In this document: piece by piece, positions 49,097-56,555 of the stretch
Numbering within the stretch: the stretch's first letter is position 1
Layout: every line of letters starts with the position of its first letter
Assembly (NCBI GenBank): GCA_000934665.2
Contig: JYFJ02002465.1
Location: 1-56,555, forward strand
Length of the DNA stretch: 56,555 nucleotides
Direction: 5' to 3'
DNA from: Catajapyx aquilonaris
Lineage: Eukaryota
Program-made: the position numbers and the translations under genes
Notes under the pieces: generated by a model
Told to the model about the DNA's origin: nothing
The model's input: only the letters and a program-made list of their open reading frames with translations
Databases searched by the model: none

Positions 49097-52000
49097 TCAC
49101 ATGACATAGACCTTTTCAGCAGTTTTGAGTGGGAAGACCTCCTTGGTACGGGGGCATATGACGCGGCCATCATTTCGAGCCGCTACGTCCTCCAGACTCT
49201 GAAATATTTAAAGGCAAAAACCATCTTGATATGAGAAACTGACGATAACTGAATATTTACACATACAAGGTGTTTAGAAAATGCGATGCCAACAGCTGTA
49301 GAATAATTTTCACTGACACTAATGCAAAAGGGGTGCCTCTACTTATAATAGTGGGGGAAGTGGAAAGGACAGTGTCAGACTGGCACCCCAGACCCAACAC
49401 TTGTGTAAGGTCAGGAGAAAGGGAATCTCAAAGGATATGGGTGAACTATGAGGGTGGCATCTTTTGTGCAACTGGGACTTGGGAGAGGATTATGGTTAAG
49501 GACAAGACTGAATGGGGACACTAAAGTGATTTAAGGGCAGTTGAGGCTTTAGACAGACTGCCAAAGTGAAGGATCCATGGGGTAGGAACAGAGCATACTG
49601 GGCCAGGAGAGACAAAGAGAAAGAAGAAGGTAAGGGATCCATCTCCTACAACTCTCTGCGTGATATATCACCCTTACCAATTTCTATTGCTCAAAATTTG
49701 CAGGTCAGTGACACCTCACCATAATTTTCAAGACAAATTGTCAAGAGAACTTTCAATGCACTGATGCATTAGCAAGCGCTTACCTATTTTACACTCATTT
49801 TTCTAGGATATGCTTCCATCATTATCTGGGATACGGTGTTCTGTACTGACAGGGAAAAATTAAGATGGGAGGAGCAGGAGAAAGGAAGTAAAGAAAAATT
49901 TGGGCTGCGGAGGCAGCCCGAGAAAGGGGCTTTCAATTTTAGGTCCTAGAAAAAATATCGATGTTGTGTGTCTGGGAAATTATGGGCACTTTGTCTAATC
50001 ACTGATAAAACCCCATCATTATGTTAAAACACAATAAGCTGTTGCATAACAAATTTTATAATAAATGTTCCATACACGTAAGATAAAATCAATGGATCAG
50101 TCTATACACAATACTATTTTAACTCTGTTGATTTTTTTCACACAATCCAGAAAATGAACGTAATTATTTAAAATGAAGAAACTAGTACTATGAAAAAGTA
50201 CAGCGCGTGGCACACACGCTTCTTATACTCCCAAACCACATTCCAAAAAACCATTGTGAATGTGGGACTTCTCACCTGCTCTCCATACACATGTCCATTT
50301 GGCAGCATCATTGGGTGATTGTGCTCATCAAGTGGCTTCCCACTGATGGAGCAAACCAAGTGGGAGTGGGAGCAATGGGCAAAGGGAAGGGACCTGGCCA
50401 GAACGTTGAGCGGCTCCTGGCACACAGGACACTCAGGGTTGCGAGCCTCTGGACTCTTGTAGCAGAGTGGAGTTTTCAATGCAGACAAGCCTGTCTGAAG
50501 GGCTACTGTGAACAGCGATCGGTCCGCAAGCTGGAACACCCTGTAGCTATCCTGCCTGAACTGCTGAGAAAGGCGATCCCAGCGAGATACGTCTAAAAGT
50601 TCCCTGAAAGTAAATGTGTTCACCACATGTGAAATGTACAAGGACATTCTATGAACAAATATGGTCAGCAGAAATCCAATGTAGCTTTCACAAAAATATG
50701 AATATCAGAAGACAATCTGTCAGGTCATTCCCACAAGTTCAATAATCAATAGTAATCAATACTTGTTGGCCTATTGTGCTTTTGAAGTGCCTTGTGCAGG
50801 TTGGCAAGGATGTTACTCCCTGGAGACCTTTTCTTTGCCTGATCATGATAAAATGAAAATGTGTGTGAAGATGGACTCTTGCAGCATTCTCACCTGTATG
50901 GTGCCATCTCTGTGTCAGCAGGGAAGGCCAACAGTCCCATGCATCTCTGTACTTCTACAAGCTGCCCCTCCTCAACTGTGCTGAAGTATTTTCGAGCATG
51001 TCGTACTGCATCAGGTCTCCGGTCCTGTCTGACCAGCTCTATGAACTCTTGCACACGCAAGTTAAACTCAAGGCTGCTGTGCAGTTTCCTCAGCTTGGAT
51101 TTGTTGTCATAACACCAGGCGAGGCATTTAGCTGTCTCATGTCGTCCCAGACTCTCTTCCACTTCTCGTGAGAGGAGGAAAATGTCGAGGTTGACCAGGT
51201 CGGCTATCCCAGAGCGGTGGGCCAACTGGAGGGCTGCACGGTAATAGCCTCTGCGGAGAAAATATTCCACCAGCATGCGGTCAAGACGCTGGCGGCGCCA
51301 CAAGGTCAGCAAGGATGGGTCAGGGGTTGACTGACCCTCCAGATGCTCCACACGCCTCTTGCATACACGAGCAGCTTCTAGCTCCTCACATACACTCTCT
51401 TCAGCCTGGAGGCAAATATAAGTTTTACATAATAATGTAACTCCAGCTCTCAATATTCCCTTCACATGTTACTATGTTAGATGCAAGCGGATGCAAGCTA
51501 TCCCTTCAACTATATCTGGAGATCGGGTGTAACCTAATTTTTTAACTGTAATTTTTATCCGTACATGCTACTAGAAGTACGTTGCCCCTTGCCGGAGTCA
51601 GCAAAATGATCAATGTTTGCCAAGGCAAGTTGTGAAACATAGATGCATCTTGTCAATTGATCTGACACTAGTAGAATCTCAAAAATGTATGCAACATAAG
51701 CATTCCCATGTTGTTAAGTAACTTCAGGGCAAACACCAGCAAATAAAATGCAGCAATAATACTGCGCAGGTGGCAACTTTAATTTCCTGCTCTGCAAGAT
51801 AAACAAATTACAGTACACATGACTTAATGCTGTCACAAATGACAAATCCCTTTAACGCAAAGGGGAAGCAATGCACATTACTGTGAATGTTATTGATGGA
51901 GAGTTCACCTTGCCCTTGGGATATGAAAAATGCGCCATACGGACCACATGTGGCTGCCTGCAGTTGGTGTCTGTTAAATGTCAGTGGATGCAAACTAATG

Positions 52001-53157
52001 GTTGGCCAATAATTCCACATGGTACGAGATACCTGACCTGCACAGACTAGTAGAAATGCTAGAATACGAACTGTACCACCCAAAAGGCCTCATTAGAAAT
52101 TTCATGACCTGCTCTTTCATACTGCAGCAGCAATAATTTAAGCCTGCGAATGGTGCAGATGCCTCAAACTTAAATTACTACTTTCATTGTTGTTTTCACT
52201 GTGACATCACCCGCATTCTCTGACTGCAGCAATACCACATACGAGATAGTAAAGGCCCATTTGCATGAGGCAAGTTATCACACCAATCATGAGTTAGAGC
52301 CGCTATCTCAGTTGATCTCTACCCATGTATTGTGCCATCACCGGCACCAACATGAAATTCCTCAATGCAAATGGCCTGTTAACAGTCACTCAAACACTGA
52401 CAATGTGCTCTTTCACAATTATTTAGCAGCAATCCAGGCTTTCCAAACCAAAATTACGGCAAGGACGACCAGGTTTCACCAATCCCGTTAAAATTTAGAA
52501 CCTTATTTGGCTATAAAGCTGAACCAAATAATTAAGCGAAAATTCAGCAACGGCAATAAATTTTTGTTATAGCCTAGGTTGGTGAAACCCGACCTTAGGG
52601 CCGTTTTCTCAAACAGTGGTTCAAAGCCGGTTTAAACCCTTGACAACAGCCTAACAACAATCAAATCAGGGATTAAACTGGCTTTGAACCCGGTTTACAT
52701 TTGAACTACTGTTCGAGAAAACGGCCCTTAGTATGGTAAAAGCCATGCTGTAATTTTGGTTTGGAAAGCCTGGATCACTGATGAATTGACCTAAGCGAGT
52801 AGTACTGACATCACAGCTGGGAATGACGAGGTTTCCATATGAAACGAGCGACACCCACCTTCCGCTTGAGCACCTGCAGCCTCTCGACGACCCCTCCGAG
52901 CAGCTGCGAGATGTCCTTAGGTGCGGCAGTGGCGCACAGCAGCGACTTCTCCAGCTCAGCGGTGGCAGCCTGCACGTGCGACACCTCCCTCTCCAGATTC
53001 TTCTGCGCCGCCCTGAACTTCTTATTCAGCAGCTCGTACGGCACCTGCAACACCATGTCGGTGGTCATTCCCCATCAAAAAAGTACCACACCGCAATGGA
53101 TCTCACCTTGAGGGTAGGATGTTCCAGTGCTGTGACGTCGCTGATGTCCTGTGCCAT
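49097..53157 (-). CDS. MAEA: E3 ligase subunit MAEA (Gid9, CTLH/GID complex), 392 aa
   Basis: Exons 53157-53107, 53044-52859, 51405-50894, 50603-50276, 49198-49097. [22 protein letters not shown], Lis[51 protein letters not shown]. Confidence 0.96.
52466..52728. mobile_element. Two abutting PIF/Harbinger-like MITEs (family B) in a MAEA intron
   Basis: TTA|GGGCCGTTTTCTCAAACAG...CTGTTCGAGAAAACGGCCC|TTA at about 52598-52727, preceded by GGTTTCACCAA...TTGGTGAAACC element. Confidence 0.7.
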
Positions 53158-54826
53158 GGCGACGTCCGCGACCCTCGCAGCGCCCACCGTCCCTGCGATG
53201 GAGGATGGCTCTGGTGATCCCAGAACCAGGAGGGACGACGACGAGGAGGACGGGCGGGGTCGGGACAGCCTGGCCAGGGGATTCATCATTGGTCTGCTGG
53301 CCGCCAGCACGTGTCCTGTCCTGACGACACCCCGACGGAAAGGACAAGCAGACGACGAACACGCAGACAAGTACGCTCCCTTTGCAGTATTTTTTTTTAA
53401 TGCGCCAGGTTTTTCCTCCCCCTGATGATGCCCTGCCCCTACTGCCCTCCTCCCCACAATATAATCCTTTTTTTTTTTTTCACTAGCTCTCCCTTTCCAC
53501 TCTTGCAGCCTGATCCAACGAGGAACACCAGCGCCTCTGCTGCGATATTTCCAACTGGAATATATATGTTTACTGTGGCTGCCATGGGAGACGACATGTT
53601 GGGTCCAAAGAGCTTATACTAGTTTTAAGCTCTTTGGTTGGGTCCAGATAGCTGCATTTAGAATAGTTGACAGAACTTATTGCTTCTACAGTGTATAACT
53701 GAACTTCTATTCTGTGAAAAAGTTGTGCCATACAACAGTAAAAGGAACTGGGGGATTTGTATAGGGAGGAAATTGAAACTTTTCGAGAACACTCATTGGG
53801 GGGAGACTGTAAAAATAATAATAGAAAGAAAGAAAAAACTATACTGGTGATACTGTACACTGTGAGGAAAAATGACATCAGAGACACAGGATTCCTCTGA
53901 CGGCTCCAATTTTCCCAAAGTTGCTGTGCAATTTTGCTAAAAGCCATGCTCGTTAATATTGATCCCGCAGATTCGACCACACGCCTTTTTCACTGCACAG
54001 GCGAAACATCGTGTGCGGTTGTCCCCACCTTTGGAGTATCCAAACTACGTTATCATGAAGGTGATCGGAATCCTCATTTGGCGGATTTCCCTGATTAAAT
54101 ATTATTTCTTTTAATAAAATACAGCCCCATGTTAAACACCGTTAAGTGCGTGTAATACTGTAGTCTACACACATCTTCTGTGACAGCAAGAGGTAGCACG
54201 AAAATCCCTGCGACATCCTATGGATATCTGAAGTAGACACGCCTCTGTGGGAGGGACAAAGGTTCCCGTCTTGGTTCGGCCTAGTCGCGCCAGAGGGAAA
54301 CCAATCGCACCATATATTTGCTCCTTCAGAGGTGTAGTCACGGCAAAGGACTTGTCACACGCTCTCAGTTATTAGCTCTTGGTGACAGTAAGTGCGTAAC
54401 GTGTGCATCTTACACATTTAGGTGTAATAATATGGATGTAAGTGCGTGCTGATACGCATTTACCGTCACATACTATAATACAGCCGGTAAAAGCCCTTTA
54501 GGCACCAACGTGAAAATTTTGAAAGGCTGCTCCAATATTGGAGAGAAATGTGCGGAGAGAAGCTTATACACTGCATTCCCGATTATCCGTGCTATGGACT
54601 TCACGTTGTCGCCGGATAATCGGAAAACACAGATAATCCCGAAAAGGTCCTGCATACCGTAAAAAAAACCTATTCACAGGATTTTAATGTACTACACTGT
54701 ACATATAGTGTATGCTGCTTCAAATAAGGATTAATCATTATTCATTACTATATAGGCTAGTAGGCTACTGATGTATAATAAAACTTACAATAGATATTTA
54801 TTACTATTAGTTTGTCTTCTATGTAA

Positions 54827-54961
54827 TGCATGGAAAATGTGAGAACGATCTGACGTCATCAATGCTTCCATGGAAATACCTTCAAAGAACAATATGAGTA
54901 AACAATGTCAACAAAAAGCAACAATGGAAGAAACGATGATGTCAGATGGTTTTTCCGTGCA
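54827..54961. mobile_element. Repeat family C copy (opposite orientation to 44904-45041)
   Basis: TGCATGGAAAATGTGAGAACGATCTGACGTCATC...GATGATGTCAGATGGTTTTTCCGTGCA; interior is the reverse complement of the first copy's interior. Confidence 0.72.
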
Positions 54962-55483
54962 TTAATTCGATTTCGACTTTTTTTTTTTTTCGGACTTTCA
55001 TTTGTAACTTTGATGTTTTTTGGCGATTCACGGATAATCAGTAACACGCATCGGATGTGTGCGTTTGTCAGTGTAAAAAATTCGCATGCGATCTCGTGTG
55101 TTTGCCATTGACGTCATCGTTTCAGTTACCAATTCCTATAGTCAACATAAATATGCCGAACACACCCCTGGAACCTCCCACTTCTTAAGTTTCCATTTAG
55201 AACAATATTAATTACGCCCACCCCTTCTTCAGATTGACGTAAAAATTGGGTAAAATTAATGTCTTTAATACTTTACGGAAAAATGAGAGTACCACAAGGC
55301 GGTATAATCACTCGGACTGAAAAGTGCACACTGGGAGTACCAAATTCAAGGAGTACCAAGGAGTAATAAAGAGTGAGGTACCTCAGGAGCAAAGTATATA
55401 GAATTGCCTCAGGAGTACCTGGGAGTACCACTCGCAGGTGTACACACCGGAGCACCGAAGTGGTTGGAGTACCACGACTACCA

Positions 55484-55587
55484 CCTGACGTCATCGTTTC
55501 TTCCATTGTTGCCTTTTGTTGCTACTGTTTGAGGGTACGTCCATGGAAACATTGATGAGGTCAGATCGTTCTCTCATTTTCCGTGCA
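55484..55587. mobile_element. Partial repeat family C copy
   Basis: CTGACGTCATCGTTTCTTCCATTGTTGCC...CAGATCGTTCTCTCATTTTCCGTGCA matches 44924-45043. Confidence 0.7.
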
Positions 55588-55679
55588 TTGTTGCATGAGG
55601 TCATATTTACGTTGATTCGGAATTGGTGAACAAAACGATGACGTCAATAATAAATTGGCATGTCTTTTTTTTTATTTTC

Positions 55680-56555
55680 CCCGCGCTCTTTGGTAGGATC
55701 CAAAATGGCGGGTGGTTTGTATCCGGTGGGCCCGACTCGAGTGAGCGGTATGGAACAGCTTCACCCCCTGGCGGCGTTCGGTTCAACTAGGGATTGTCGC
55801 CCATTTTGGGTTGGAGAGAATAGTCGGGGGCGCGGAAGAGGAGGCGTCGGGGGAGGAGAGGAGACGGATCCGGGTAGTTTTCCACAATCCCACTCTCCCT
55901 GCCACCACCACCACCTCAAGTGCGGCCATCACTTTGACCACTGGCGAGACTTGGGAAAGTGCCGGCCCGAGGCTTTGGATCCCGAAACCCCGGGGCCGCC
56001 GGAACAGTGTTCGCCGACACACCCCGGCTGCTTTGCGGCACCCAGGAGGTGGCGCGCATAGGGAAGTGTTTGTTTGTGAACAACAACAACAAAAAAAAGA
56101 ACCGGTCAGTGTGTAGTGCGGGTCATTTGCCGGGTTCATAAGTGTGTGTGTGCTTTGGAACGGAGCAGGAGCCGCGGCGGCGGCGGTTTTTTTGGAACGT
56201 TCGGAACTCATCGGCCCGTGGTAAGTTCTATCGAAAAATGCGGCCGCCAGATGACACCCCAATCGCCCCCCCCCCCTCACCCCCCTCTCTCCTTTTAATG
56301 TTGGGGAAGCCCCCGGCACGTGGGTCGTACTAAACAAGCATAAGTTCGAAAAGGTCATGTACTTTATTATTATTATTATTATTCGGAACATATCCTCCCC
56401 GCTCTTCCACTCCTTCCGGTTTTCCCAAGATGGCGGGCTTTGCTCCTCCCCCCACTTTTCTCGCGTGCCTCAACCTCCCCCCCACCATGTCCCCCACCCT
56501 CCCCTCTTTTCTGGAACCAACGCGCCGTGGCGACTCCCCCCCCCTCCTAAAACTC
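55680..56555 (+). promoter_or_regulatory. CpG-rich promoter / first-exon region of an unidentified downstream gene
   Basis: GC/CpG enrichment, YY1-like CAAAATGGCG (about 55681) and CAAGATGGCG (about 56426), strong donor GTG|GTAAGT at 56221; no recognisable protein. Confidence 0.4.

Noticed and set aside
53880..54660. Moderately GC-rich stretches upstream of MAEA that looked exon- or ncRNA-like
   Set aside because: No frame gave a recognisable protein and no snRNA/snoRNA/SRP consensus was found.
55685..55825. MAGGLYPVGPTRVSGMEQLHPL... faintly resembles the N-terminus of human KIAA0232 as I recall it, hinting at a scrambled or trans-spliced exon
   Set aside because: Opposite strand, 46 kb away, needs gaps, no suitable donor, and the ATG sits in a YY1-like promoter motif; a match this short is compatible with chance across six frames. 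A tBLASTn with KIAA0232 orthologues would settle it.

Overview
Gene-dense eukaryotic (animal, most likely arthropod) nuclear DNA with short spliceosomal introns; no prokaryotic, CRISPR or rRNA signal. Twelve spliced protein-coding genes could be reconstructed with phase-consistent exons: TAPT1 (5'-truncated, with a U12-type intron), a KIAA0232 homologue carrying a tandem CCCH zinc finger, a SMOX/PAOX-type polyamine oxidase (GC-AG intron), CREBRF/REPTOR, a BRCT-containing Pol mu/TdT-like X-family polymerase, NRBF2, TMEM127, BNIP1/SEC20, a KIF9-like kinesin whose switch I/II motifs are lost, CACUL1, a small single Ig-domain membrane protein, and MAEA. Two tRNA genes (Asp-GTC, Ser-AGA) lie in a kinesin intron. 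Intergenic and intronic DNA carries three tandem arrays, several MITE-like families and a tRNA-derived SINE. I found no clear-cut novel multi-gene system; the best leads are the apparently motor-dead kinesin-9, the invertebrate Pol mu/TdT-like enzyme with a short Loop1, the KIAA0232-CCCH architecture, a gene set mapping to one human paralogon, and a palindromic repeat that carries perfect CRE sites. Homology calls rest on recalled family motifs, not database searches.
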